This document shows, piece after piece, positions 32,355-44,160 of a DNA stretch of 64,000 nt; positions within the stretch are counted from its first letter, which is position 1, and the number at the start of each line of letters is the position of its first letter. A program made the translations under genes and the position numbers. Source of the DNA: Azolla caroliniana (Eukaryota > Plantae > Polypodiophyta); contig JBHGNT010000003.1 in the NCBI GenBank assembly GCA_043228905.1, forward strand, positions 21,638,001-21,702,000. The letters run 5' to 3'. The notes below the pieces were generated by a model. That model saw only the letters and a list, made by a program, of their open reading frames with translations, ran no database searches and had not been told where the DNA came from.

Positions 32355-34394
32355 ATGGAGGCTCAACAAGCTAACAATATGATGGCGATGTTCGAACGGA
32401 TGCTTCAAGAACAACGCACGATGTCAGAGATTTCGGCATCAGTAGAGCGGCTCATGCAACGCAACGGGCAATTTAATGGTAAGGATGTGTCGCGATATTT
32501 GCAGGACTACAAGGCGGAGATGCTCCGGTGCCGGGCTTCGGAAGGACTGCAAGTGACATCCTTTAACCGGGTGGCGATCGACGGGCTTCAAGGGAGTATC
32601 CACAGGTTGCAACAACAAAATCCGACGTGGGAAGCATTCGAAGAGGCGTTAAAGACCACGTTTGCCATCGAGGACTCCTCCAAGGCAACGCGGAGGGGAT
32701 TCGAGGATTGGGTGGAAACGTCAGGTAAGGGGCTGAAGGTCCTCGAAGTGTTTTCGACATTCGAAAGTCGGTTCGGGAGGTTGTCCGCGAGAGATCAAAC
32801 TATTCTTGCACCGGACAAAGTCATCATGTTTTTGCGAGCTGTGGACGTCCGGGACCGGAAAGATCTCGGAGTGCTTCTTGAGGACACGACCACCGAAAGC
32901 GGCCTCACCGAAACATGGGAAAGCGTGCGGGATATCGTCGCGCGGTACACGAAGAGGGGGCAATGGCTTGCCAACGAAGAAAAGAGGGTTTCGGAACCGA
33001 TTCCGAAACCGAGAACGGGACTGGAAGACCATCAACCGAGGGCTCGGGAGATTACGGCCGAGAAGGGAGTCGACGTGTCTACGGTGGAGCAGCTGCTGAA
33101 GGAGATGGAGAATCTAAAGATCGCGATGGTGAAGAAGTCGGATGACGGCCCCACAAGCTCCAAATATACGGATCGACGGTGCATATGGTGCGATAGCGCC
33201 GAACACGATCGGAGGGATTGCGACGACCATAAGGAGGCGCTACGACGGGATCTCATCTACTACGAGGGAAACCGGATTCATTCGATGGACTCTCGGAAGC
33301 CACTCCGACCGAACTTCCGGAAAGGCGGCATGAAGAAGGTGCTTGAGGAGGAGTTAGCGGCAAGAAGCAACTATGCGACAACCGCGGGAATATGTGTCGG
33401 GGAGTCATCGGGAGCGAAGGCGTCTTTCTGGCCGGAGGTGCTAGGAAACACCGAGAAAACCGACTCCAACGATATCCGAAACACCGCGGAAGGCGTCCGG
33501 GAAGCTACGGGATGGGAGTGCCCTGTCGACAAGAATAGCATATACGCCCTGTGTCAATTACATGAGGTGTATGTGGATGAGAAACGACGGCGCACGGAGG
33601 ATGCGGCCGGACCATCGAAGATACCGGAAAGCTGGAACTCCGGAGGTAAGGGAAAAGAAAAGGCGACTCCGGCATTCAAGCTCGCCTCGGACATAGAACA
33701 ACAAACCGACTTGAAAAGAGTGTTCGAGGAAAGAATCTTGGATAGCCGGGTAGATTTTTCGCTGCGGGAACTACTCGGAATAGCGAAGAAGGAGTTTCAC
33801 GATCTTCTCGTGGATCTCGTGAAAAGGAAGAGACAAAGTACGGAGGAAAATGCTCCAAGGGTGAATGCAAATACCGTTTCAATGAACGACACCGAAGTGG
33901 AAGGCGAAATTCCGAACTCTCACTATACAAGGCCACACTGGGCACGTGCGACTACGGAGACTCCGGTCCGAATCGGCAACATCAAAGAACCCGTGCTAGC
34001 ATTGATTGATCACGGATCGGAGATCAACTTGATGTCCAAGGAGTTCTACCGAAAGGGGAAGTGGCCTATAAACACCAACCATGGATGGAAGATTCGGGCA
34101 GCCACGAAAACGACAGAAGACCTATTTGCGGCTTGTCCGGATGTGACGGTAAAGATCAGAGATGTCAAAATTGACCAAAATTTCTTTGTGCAGGATGAGG
34201 TTTCACATTCTGTCATCCTCGGCCAACCCTTTATCACGGCTTCACGGATGGAGACGAAGGTGCTCGATAGTGGTGCGGCTTTTGCGCGAATTCGGAGCCA
34301 AAACGGAGGGAAATCCGTCCAATTCCTAACGGTGCCGGCAAATCACGAAAGGAACAAGAGGGAACTCTTGCCCCAAGTGAGAATGGATTTTTAA
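32355..34394 (+). CDS. gag: Gag-protease polyprotein of Gypsy B
   Basis: GQFNGKDVSRYL, CIWCDSAEHDRRDC, ALIDHGSEINLM; ends G GAT TTT TAA. Confidence 0.93.
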   Translation: MEAQQANNMMAMFERMLQEQRTMSEISASVERLMQRNGQFNGKDVSRYLQDYKAEMLRCRASEGLQVTSFNRVAIDGLQGSIHRLQQQNPTWEAFEEALKTTFAIEDSSKATRRGFEDWVETSGKGLKVLEVFSTFESRFGRLSARDQTILAPDKVIMFLRAVDVRDRKDLGVLLEDTTTESGLTETWESVRDIVARYTKRGQWLANEEKRVSEPIPKPRTGLEDHQPRAREITAEKGVDVSTVEQLLKEMENLKIAMVKKSDDGPTSSKYTDRRCIWCDSAEHDRRDCDDHKEALRRDLIYYEGNRIHSMDSRKPLRPNFRKGGMKKVLEEELAARSNYATTAGICVGESSGAKASFWPEVLGNTEKTDSNDIRNTAEGVREATGWECPVDKNSIYALCQLHEVYVDEKRRRTEDAAGPSKIPESWNSGGKGKEKATPAFKLASDIEQQTDLKRVFEERILDSRVDFSLRELLGIAKKEFHDLLVDLVKRKRQSTEENAPRVNANTVSMNDTEVEGEIPNSHYTRPHWARATTETPVRIGNIKEPVLALIDHGSEINLMSKEFYRKGKWPINTNHGWKIRAATKTTEDLFAACPDVTVKIRDVKIDQNFFVQDEVSHSVILGQPFITASRMETKVLDSGAAFARIRSQNGGKSVQFLTVPANHERNKRELLPQVRMDF

Positions 34395-37300
34395 AGCGGA
34401 CTGTTGCGGAGTGGGGAATTGATAGTCCGAGAAGCCCTGATACCCCACACAGGAAGAAAACTCTCGGAGCAAAACAAGTACGAATCGGGCCGGATGGGGC
34501 ATCTACGTACACGGCCGTAACCGGAGGAATGAAGAAACAATACCGACAAGTGGAGGATAAGTTACGGTCGGCATCAATAATAAAAGAAGACGAAGAAATC
34601 GTGGGAGTGATCGAGGAAGTGTTCTATGGGAATACACTACAACGGCTTGAAGAGCTTGCGGAAGATAAAAGCCAAGGGAACCGGGTAGTCCCGGTGGAAT
34701 CGGTCGAGATGTACGAGATCGTTGCGAAAATGGGGCCGGATGCGCTCCGCAAAGAAGAAGCAATGGTAAGTACGAAATACAAGACCGTGGAGAAGAAGGT
34801 GAAACCGGCCGCGGGACCACTACCCGCCGATAGCGAACAAAAGAAGAAAGAAGTCTCGGGAGATCCGACACTTCGGAAGTCCGTGGATATCGGACATGCC
34901 TTCACAGATGAGACCCGGAAGAAACTTCGGATCGGTGGAGGTGGGTTCCTCTTACAAGAAGAAGAAAAACGGTTTCAAGAGATGTTGGAGCAACATGGCA
35001 AAGCATTCGCGTTCACATCGAGGGAGATCGGATGCATTGATCCAAAGATAGTGGAGCCGATGGTGATTTTCACGATTGATCATGTACCGTGGAACCTGAA
35101 GCCGATTCCGGTGCCACGGGCGCATATTCCGAAAGTCATCGACTTGCTCAAGGAGAAGGTGGCGATGGGGATTCTAGAGCCATCAAGTGCTCCGTACTCA
35201 AATCGATGGTTTACGGTTCCGAAGAAGAATGGGTCACTCCGATTCATCCAAGACTTGCAACCGGTGAACAAGGTCACGATCCGGAACTCGGGAGTCGGTC
35301 CGATAGTGGACGAATTCGCGGAAGCTTTTGCCAGACGTGCGATATACTCCATCGGGGACCTATACTCGGGGTATGACCAATTCCAACTAGCTGTGGAGAG
35401 CCGAGACATCACTACCATGCGGACACCGATAGGACTAGTTCGAATGTGCACACTACCACAAGGAGCGACAAACTCGGTTGCACATATGATGAACGCGATG
35501 AACAAGGTGCTTCGAGATTGCATCCCGGAGATAACGATGCCGTTTCTAGATGACATTCCGATGAAAGGATGCGCGGTGGAAGAAAAAGATGAGACTATGG
35601 ATGATCGGGGATGCCGAAAGTTCGTGGTCGACCATATTCATGATTGCGAGAAAGTGTTGCGAAAGCTAGAAGATGTGCACCTAACACTTTCCGGGGAGAA
35701 ATCGGCATTCGGGCAAGAAGAAATATTGGTGGTCGGACATCTATGTGGACCCTACGGCCGAAGACCGTCACCAACAAAGATCGATGCGATTCAAGCTATG
35801 AAGGAAGTATGTGAGTCAACATCGGAAGTCCGAAGGTTTCTGGGTGCGTGTGCATTCTATCACATATGGATTCCGCACTATGCACATATAGCGGACCCGC
35901 TCTATCACTTGTTGCGGAAAGGTAAGAAATTCGAGTGGAAACCGGAACACACTAAAGCCATGAGGAAGCTCAAGAAGACACTATGGAGGGCGGAATCACT
36001 TAAGAAGCCAAGCTACGAGCGGCCAATCATAGTAACGGTTGATACAAGTCCAACCGGTATCGGGTGGGTCATCAATCAAGCCGACTCGGATGGTTCGCGG
36101 TATCCGATCCGATTTGGAGCAAAGGTCCTCAACGAAAGGCAACGCGGATATGCACAAGTCAAAAGAGAATTGTGGGTAGTCGTGTCGGCGATAAAATTGG
36201 ATCGGGATTATTTGATCGGAGCTGAAGTGGTGATCGAGACGGATTGTCTTCCGATACTCGGGATGATGCGGTGTTGTACGATACCGGATGTGGATATGCT
36301 AAGGTGGATTGCATATGTCAAGTCACTTAATCCGGAGGTTCGACACATCTCGGGGAAGGACAACGCGGTAGCGGACATGTTATCGAGGGCGCGGTTTGAA
36401 GACGACATAACCGAATCAGATAATGAAGAAGTTTCCGAAGACTACTTCACGTCAGAACACATATGCCGAGTGAACGTGATCCGAGAATTCCGGGAAGAAG
36501 AATACGAGGGGGAAACCTTGATGATCGGGAAGATGCTACAAGAGGTCGAGGATTCAACCAATGATAAAGAAAGGAGAGCCGAGATCCGAAGGAAGAAGAG
36601 GCAAGTCCAAAAGTTCTTCTTGGAAAACGGTTTAATATGGAGGACGCCGAAAAGACCGGATGGGATACCACTTCGAGTAGTCGGGACGAAAGAGCAACGA
36701 AACCGGATAATGTCCGAGTTCCACGAATCCGATTGGGCTGGACATCGAGGAACATGGGCAACTTTTGTGAAAATCAAGCAAAGATATTGGTCGAAGAACA
36801 TGTATAAAGATGTCGCGGAGTTCACAGAAAGCTGCGAGAAATGTCAAGTCTACTCCGGGGTCCGACACCGAGATGAGCTGCATCCGACATTCTCACCGAC
36901 AATCAACTTCAAGTGGATGGTCGACATTGTAGCTATGCCGACCGGGATTGGACAAAAGAAATACTTGGTGTTAGCTCGAGAAGATCTCACAAACCAAGTT
37001 GAAGGTCGAGCGCTTCGGAGGAAAACGTGTGCCGCGGTGTGCCAATTTCTTTTGGAAGAAGTGTTTTGTAGGTACGGCTGCGTAGGACAAGTGATTGCGG
37101 ACCGGGGAGAACTCGACTCGGACAAAGCTAGGGGATTCTTCGCCAAACATGGAGTTCGGTTAACGTTGACAACGGCCTACAATCCGGAGGCCAACGGGAA
37201 GATCGAACGAGGACATAGTCCGATCGTGAAAGCACTTGCGAAGGCATGCGACGGAAGGGTGAAGGATTGGCCACAAATGCTTCCGTATGCACTATGGGCG

Positions 37301-37996
37301 GATCGGACGACGCATAGCTCCGTGACCGGTTACATGCCGGCAGAACTCATGACCGGACAAGCACCGGTAATGCCAACGGAAACCGCAATCGCGACATGGA
37401 CAATACTACCGTGGAAGGAAGAGATGAGCCGGGAAGAACTACTAGCGGTCCGGATACGACAACTGGAGGGAAGACCGAAAGATGTAGCGGAAGTGTCACG
37501 CCGACAACAAGAAGCACGGTTCCGGAACAAAAGCCGGTTCGACACAAAGCACCGACTACGACCGAGGAGGATTGAAGAAGGAGATTGGGTGATCGTCTAT
37601 GATAGTAGCTTGGACCATCAACATACAACGATGCGGAAATTCGCGAAAAGGTGGTTCGGGCCGTACGAGGTTCGGAAGGTCTTCGACAACGGGACGTACC
37701 GACTGTCCGAGTTGGATGGAACAATACTACGAGTGCCTATAGCCGGGAAGCGGGTGAAGATTTTCAAGAAGCGGACCGACGACAAACCTTATGTGATCCA
37801 AGTCGAGGCCGACAACGAGGAGCAATCGGACGAAGACCACAATGATGCGAGAAGCGAAGAAAGTGGATTACAACTCATAGTCGACATAAGGGGAGAATCG
37901 GAGGAAGCTTCGGATGAAGACGGATACGAAGAATCAAGAACTTCGGCACATACCGGAGGATGTGCGGGTTTGGAGGGGGCGAGTGTCGTAGTGTAG
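34388..37996 (+). CDS. pol: Pol (RT-RH-INT) of Gypsy B, -1 frame relative to gag
   Basis: Open from the slippery site (34385-34391) through ORF 34529..37996; FLDD, VDTSPTG, HHCC, DDE, WFGPY; no chromodomain. Confidence 0.94.
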   Translation, partial: FLKRTVAEWGIDSPRSPDTPHRKKTLGAKQVRIGPDGASTYTAVTGGMKKQYRQVEDKLRSASIIKEDEEIVGVIEEVFYGNTLQRLEELAEDKSQGNRVVPVESVEMYEIVAKMGPDALRKEEAMVSTKYKTVEKKVKPAAGPLPADSEQKKKEVSGDPTLRKSVDIGHAFTDETRKKLRIGGGGFLLQEEEKRFQEMLEQHGKAFAFTSREIGCIDPKIVEPMVIFTIDHVPWNLKPIPVPRAHIPKVIDLLKEKVAMGILEPSSAPYSNRWFTVPKKNGSLRFIQDLQPVNKVTIRNSGVGPIVDEFAEAFARRAIYSIGDLYSGYDQFQLAVESRDITTMRTPIGLVRMCTLPQGATNSVAHMMNAMNKVLRDCIPEITMPFLDDIPMKGCAVEEKDETMDDRGCRKFVVDHIHDCEKVLRKLEDVHLTLSGEKSAFGQEEILVVGHLCGPYGRRPSPTKIDAIQAMKEVCESTSEVRRFLGACAFYHIWIPHYAHIADPLYHLLRKGKKFEWKPEHTKAMRKLKKTLWRAESLKKPSYERPIIVTVDTSPTGIGWVINQADSDGSRYPIRFGAKVLNERQRGYAQVKRELWVVVSAIKLDRDYLIGAEVVIETDCLPILGMMRCCTIPDVDMLRWIAYVKSLNPEVRHISGKDNAVADMLSRARFEDDITESDNEEVSEDYFTSEHICRVNVIREFREEEYEGETLMIGKMLQEVEDSTNDKERRAEIRRKKRQVQKFFLENGLIWRTPKRPDGIPLRVVGTKEQRNRIMSEFHESDWAGHRGTWATFVKIKQRYWSKNMYKDVAEFTESCEKCQVYSGVRHRDELHPTFSPTINFKWMVDIVAMPTGIGQKKYLVLAREDLTNQVEGRALRRKTCAAVCQFLLEEVFCRYGCVGQVIADRGELDSDKARGFFAKHGVRLTLTTAYNPEANGKIERGHSPIVKALAKACDGRVKDWPQMLPYALWADRTTHSSVTGYMPAELMTGQAPVMPTETAIATWTILPWKEEMSREELLAVRIRQLEGRPKDVAEVSRRQQEARFRNKSRFDTKHRLRPRRIEEGDWVIVYDSSLDHQHTTMRKFAKRWFGPYEVRKVFDNGTYRLSELDGTILRVPIAGKRVKIFKKRTDDKPYVIQVEADNEEQSDEDHNDARSEESGLQLIVDIRGESEEASDEDGYEESRTSAHTGGCAGLEGASVVV

Positions 37997-40900
37997 GTTG
38001 CACACTATGTGGAAATTATATTTTTGTCCCTCCGGATAGAGAATGGAGTGCTCGGTGAGAACCGGAAGAAAACGGCATACCGGCAAGGAAGAGCCGGATA
38101 AAGAGACATAAATGTAAAAAAAAGAAGAAGGAAATACTCACTACTGCGCAGGGCGTGATTCGAACTTTGCACCTCCACGTTGACAAACCCCAACCTTACC
38201 ATTACATTAACTTATCTTAAGTGTTTTAAATATAGATTTAATACGTATAAGACCTTTATTTATGCATACCTTTATTAAAAGGTAAATCGTGTATTTTTTT
38301 AATATATGAAAAAGACGAGACACTAAAAATAACTCATGCACATCTAGCGTGCATGAGCCCTATACTTAGGAAATAAAAAAGCATCACATGCACATTTAGT
38401 GGACATGAACACTTTTTGTAAAAAAAAAAAAACATGAAGACATGCTTAGCTCTTCCTTCCTTATATAAGGAGGAGAGAAATATGTAAAGGGTTGTTGATT
38501 ATTTGGATTAAGAATTAATCAATACAAAAATTATTCGTGGGATTCACGATTTAGACATCTACTTCTCTCTTAACACCCTAAGTACCAATTAATATAGTAT
38601 ACTCGTGTGATTCACGAGTTTCTTATCTTTCTCTTTGCTATTTACTCATAATTAATCTCTATCTCACGAACTTCTTTCTCCTAGTCCAAGACCTCTGTGG
38701 TTCCCACCCGACTCACGCAACGATCCGGAGCCGAAAGGCACGACAACGCGTCGCCGCCCGTATTTTCCACCCGTGCTTGGTGTTGATCAGCCATTTTCCC
38801 TTCTTATAGAAGTCCATGGACATCAAATTGATTTCTGAACCATGGTCCACCAACGCCACCACCGGTTCATGAACATCTCCGATCTTCACGGGGGTCTCCG
38901 TGGTCGCTCTGGACCAATGCGGCCTCGAATTGTGGCTCTCCGCCAACTCGTCTTCCAGCGCCATGTCCTCTATGTGCGTCGTCCGCACCTCCACCGGCTT
39001 CTCCTGTTCTGTCTCCGTCGACAGCCTCTTCCTCTTCACCAAGTCTATGATGGAGTCGTGGAACTCCTTCTTGGTGATCCCGAGCACTTCCCTCAGCGAT
39101 AGCTCCACCTTGCTGTCGAGGATTCGTTCCTCCAGGACCTTTCACAGGTCCGTGGATCTTTCGATTTCTGTGCCCAGCCGATACCCGCCCTTCTTGGGAT
39201 TATCCTGGGCACCGGTTACAACGGCCTCATTCCGTCTTTGCCCGAATCGAGTTTCATATCGCTGCGAGGGCCCGACCCCTCCGGTTTTCCCTACCCGCTT
39301 GTCCTCCACCAGAGCCTCGTAGTTTTGACAAGTGGCTTCGACGAAGCCCGTCTTTTCTTCCACCGGGTCACTCCACCCAGTTACCTCTTGGACCCGTTTT
39401 TCCGCACGGTCCACATCTTCTTTTCTCAGCCGTGCGCCGGCGAGGCCTTCCAGCATCGTCAGCCAGAACCCGTCTTTGTTCGTCTTCAGGGCCTCGCCAC
39501 CCCCAACCCGAATACCAGCTGACGTCGAGTAGTGGACGGTCTCCGCGTGACGAGCCGCCACCTCCTCCATCAGCCTTTTCATACCCCCTCGCCCAACGTT
39601 CAAGTTCAGGGCCCTTCGGGTCTCGCTAGCGTGCACCCGACCGTTCCACAGGTACACCAAGTTGCTTCTCATCGCCTCGGCGAAGTCCCCGCAGTCCTTC
39701 CGGATGTGCCCAACCGCGTCACACCACATGCACCTGTTTTCAGCCAGAGGTCGTCGGTCACGGGCCTGTTCGCCACCATCCCTCCGTGCTTGGGCGATAT
39801 GGAGATCCTTTACCATCCGCGTCAGCTCCTCCAGAGCTGCTCCCCCGGACGAGCCATTGACCATGCCGGTTGAAGCCGACCCGGTCTCGAGCCAATCTCG
39901 GGTCTCTTCCCTTCACGTTGGTGGTGTTGGCTCGAGCTTCCTTGCTGCGACAGAGCCCGCCCCTGTCGATCCTTTGTCAACCCATTCCCGCCGTTTGTCG
40001 AAACGGCCACAGACCCTTTTCACCATGGACCAGTCGGCCGTCAGCCCGTCATCAGTCTCCAATAGGAGGCCTACCTGCTCCCGATCCCACTCGTCAACCG
40101 ACTTAACAAACAATAGGACACGGCTTGTGTCCAGAACGGTCCGGTCAAGCACCGAGAGGCGCGTGAAGCGTTCCTCAAACTCCCGAAGGAGCACTGACGT
40201 GTTCCTTCCTTTGTCGCCTAACTCCACCCACTCCATGAAGTCTCGCTTCGAAAGTCGAAGCACATCTTCAAGCCCGTATCTTTCGAGGAGCCGACCTTCG
40301 AACTCCCCCCAGGTCCGGCTCTCGGACCGTACCTCGAGCACCTCCGTATGGATACCCGGCATCGCCACTCGAGGGAATCCGGCTAGACGCCTCTCTTCCG
40401 GAATGTCCCTCATTACCATCTCAGCCCGGTAGGACGCCAAGTAGCTCGTGGCATCCTTTCCACTAAACCGGCCGATCGTACCGACAACCGCCTCGATAGC
40501 CCTATCAAGGGCGCCAATGCCTTCGTGCGCACTCACTATACGGTCTACAGCCGAAGCCATGGCTTCTGCAAGGTCCGACCCCCTCATCTTCTACTCCTCT
40601 GCCGCCTGTTCACGTCGGGTTCACCAAATATGTCGCGTTGTTACGCGCGTGCGTGGAGAACAAGGCGGGACCACTGGGGTCTTGGACCGAGGAATAGGTG
40701 AGGAAAAGAGAGAGAGAGAGAGAGAGACTCACTCACGTATAGACAAAGAAGCACACGGGGACGCGTCACAACAACAAAGCAGACGCCAGTCGAGAACACT
40801 AGAGTGTGTATGTAAATATAGGCATGTATTTGTATGTATGCAGACGACTCGAACGATTACAGCCGACCAGGTCGGCGAGGTGGGTGCCGACGCCTGATCA

Positions 40901-41318
40901 CCCACACACACAGGAGAGCAAGATGGAGATTCTGCCGGAAGCACACAGGCGTTCCACGGAGCAGAATCAGCCTCCTGAGAGCCTGCGCAAAAGAAAGCTA
41001 TGGAGAACGACAGAGAAGAAGAGCTCGGTCCCAGTCCGACAGCACTTCGTTCCCTTTAGCGCGCGCGATATCTTCTCTCCCCCGTCTCCCTCTCTTTTAT
41101 AGCCCAAGGAGGGAGGTCGTTTCACCCGTTTACATCACATTAATTCTCTGTCCTTTTGGACAGAGATACTCCTCGATTTACCTTATAGAATATTGCTACC
41201 TAGGAGTTAACCTTTGTGCCTACCTATCTACTATACGACAAGGGACGCGCCCACGTATAAGGGCCGATACACACTCACTATACACGGTTTGCGCCTGGGG
41301 ACGGTTTTCTTCACGACA

Positions 41319-42213
41319 CCGTATGCAAATTTCTACTCAAAGAGGTCGCTTGCCGATACGGATGTGTGGGAAAGATAGTGGCCGACCGAGGGGATCTAGA
41401 TGCACACAAAGCAATGGAGCTCTTCGAGCGACTAGGCGTAAACCTCTCCCTCACAACTGCCTATAATCCGGAAGCAAATGGGAAGATCGAGCGAGGGCAT
41501 GGGCCGATAGTCAAAGCCATCGTACGAGCATGCGATGGTCGAGTTGGGAATTGGCTGCGATTATTGACCTATGCATTGTGGGTTGATAGAATTATGCACA
41601 GTTCCGTGACAGGCTATATGCCAGCAGAGCTCATGTATGGACAGAAACCAATAATGCCCATCGAGAGGACGATCGCCTCATGGGTAACAATACCATGGGA
41701 GAATGAGATGAGCCAGGAAGAATTATTGGTGGCACGAATAAGGCAACTCGAAAGAAGACCCGAAGACCTAGAGAATGCGCAAAAGATAATGGAGACAACC
41801 CGCATGAAGAATAAGATTCGGTTTGATAAGACACACTGACTATGTGTCAAGAAGATTGAAGAAGGAGATTGGGTATTGGTCTACGATAATAGCCTGGAAA
41901 ACCAACACAGGACGACAAGGAAGTTCGCAAGAATGTGGTTCGGACCATATGTGGTGATGAGTGCCAACGACAACGCCACCTACCAGCTCGTGGAGCTAGA
42001 CGGATCAAGGTTGGCCATACCCATTACGGGGAAAAGAGTAAAGATATTCAAGAAAAGACAAGATGAGGGTCCTAACCTAGATGACCTCAACAATGAAGAT
42101 AATACGACGGGACCCACAAATGTGAGCGAGGTTGATGAGGACATGGAGGAAATTGATCGATCACCATAGCCGAAATCTCACACTCACTTCTTGGCACGTA
42201 CCCGAGGACGTGC
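41319..42213 (+). pseudogene. pol: Gypsy integrase fragment (core and C-terminus) and pre-PPT hairpin, probably element D
   Basis: ORFs 41366..41839 and 41876..42169 (ADRGDLD, AYNPEANGKIERGH, WFGPY). Confidence 0.88.
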
Positions 42214-43648
42214 GGGAGACGTCCTTGCACCCGGTCATACTGGGAGAGTACATTACGGCAGCGCGGATGGAGACCAAGGTGCTAGACAACGGGTCCGCTT
42301 ACGCGAGGGTCAAGAGTCAAGACGGGCGTCATTCGGTCCAGTTCCTGACGGTGCGACCGAATCACGAGCGAAACCGCGAGTCCCTCGGTGGTGAGAACTG
42401 AGAGGATTTTTAGAGAGGGCTGTCAAGGTGTGGGGCCGCAACAGTCCGGACACTCCGGGAAAACCCCACAAATGTACGATAGAGGCGAAGCAGAAGAAAC
42501 CTTGTACCATAATTAGGAAGTTTTGTTTCTCCGACAACGGAGGGTGTACGATAGTCGGCGTCGTTGGCCGAGAAAAGACAAGGGCGGAAGAGCGGCTTCG
42601 GGCGTGCAGAGTTCTCGGGCCCAGCGAGGAAATCAACGGAGCCGTGGAGGCGGTCTCCTTCGACGATACCTTGGGAATACTGCGAGAGGTGGTCGGAGAG
42701 GGCCTTAAAGAGGACCAGACGATACCGGTTTGTTCAGAAGAGATGTACGAAGTCATCGTGGACTTCAGTCAAGGGCTCGAGTCGGAACGGATGGCCCGGG
42801 TTAACACGAAGTACAAGACTGTGGACCGGAAGGTAAGGCCAGTCGCGGCACCCTTACCGGAGGGCAGCGAGTTGCGAATCAAGGGGGTCGCGTCGGACCC
42901 CAGTTTACGAGATCCGGCCTATATAGGACACACCTTCACCGACAGAATGCTACAGGAGCTCAAAATCGGTGGGGGCGGGTTCCTACTGCCGGCGGAAGTC
43001 AACCGGTTTCGGAGAATGCTCGGAAAACACGGGAAAGCCTTCGCATTCTCACCGGAAGAGATCGGGTGTGTAGACCCGACAGTCGTGAAGCCATTGGTGA
43101 TATTCACGGTATCTCATGTGCCGTGGAATCTCAAACCAATTCTGGTACGAAGAGCTCACATCCCAGAGCTGATGGAGCTATTGAGGCAGAAAATCGATAT
43201 GGGCATCCTCGAACCGTCGAGTGCCCCGTACTCGAACCTGTGGTTTACCGTACCGAAGAAGAACGGGACGTTGCGCTTCATTCAAGACCTGCAGCCGGTC
43301 AACAGAGTGACCATTCGGAACGCAGGAATCGGACCAACGATAGACGAGTTTGCGGAGGCCTTCGCCGGAAGGTCGATCTACTCGATCGGTGATCTGTACT
43401 CGGGGTACGATCAGTTCCAACTAGCCGTAGAGAGCAGAGACATTACGAAGATGCGGACTCCTCTCGGCCTAGTGCGGATGTGTACCCTGCCACAAGGAGG
43501 GATGAACTCAGTGGCCCACATGGTGAATGCAATGAACAACGTGTTGAGGGATTGTATCCCGGACATCACCATGCCATTCTTGGACGACATCCCGATCAAG
43601 GGATGTCCGGTGGAAGACAAGGACGAAACGATCGGACCGGACGGATGT
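42214..43648 (+). pseudogene. pol: Gypsy E: internal fragment of family A (end of PR, frameshift site 42404-42469, N-terminal RT)
   Basis: HPVILGE...QFLTVRPNHERN; ORF 42428..43927 matches A pol up to IGPDGC. Confidence 0.9.
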
Positions 43649-44160
43649 CACTTCTTCTTCTTCTTCTTCTTCTGGCGGGGAAGTCGACCGTTGAGGGTTG
43701 TCTCTGCTAGGTCTCCTGTGCAAGACCCCGCTCTGCGTGACGAGCCCGAGAGCTCCCCGGACGGCGGCTTGGCAGCAGACTGCTACTGTAACCTACCCTA
43801 CCATGGTCCGGCTCGAAGCCGGGGTTGCATTCTTTCCCTTGTAATACTTACATTTGCGTTTTTCTGTGCATATTCGTGTCTCTGTTGGTGTCGGGCGCTT
43901 CCCCTTTCTTGCATTTCCTGTACATAAGGGTGTGAGTCGGGTCGGCCTATGTGTGTGTGTGTGTGTGTGTGTGCGTGTGTGTGTGTGAGCCGATGTCAAG
44001 CACGCGCTCCCTCTCTTTCTCTCTCTCCCTTCGGTTGCTTCCACTGTGCTTCTGGGATGCCCCGGAAACGGTGAAGTACGACCTCCTACGCTCCGTCACT
44101 CCCTAGTCCAAGACCCCCGTGGTCCCGCCTTTCTCCACGCACGCACGTAACAACGCAACA
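43649..44160 (+). repeat. Partial LTR of the N1 family (probable 3' LTR of N1)
   Basis: Reverse-complement match to 15710-16205; ends CAACGCAACA followed by ACGT. Confidence 0.88.

Larger units (their letters stand above)
31555..38745 (+). mobile_element. Gypsy B: full-length, apparently intact Ty3/Gypsy element, TSD ACGT/ACGC
   Basis: 762-bp LTRs 31555-32316 and 37984-38745 (1 difference seen); Trp PBS 32321-32338; PPT 37972-37983; both ORFs open. Confidence 0.97.
29584..41318 (-). mobile_element. Gypsy C (family of A), decayed, 3'-truncated in RNase H, interrupted by Gypsy B
   Basis: 5' LTR 40631-41318; Trp PBS 40609-40626; gag pieces 39913..40587, 39142..39864, 38746..39108, 31266..31554; RT ORF 29518..30945(-). 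Confidence 0.92.
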
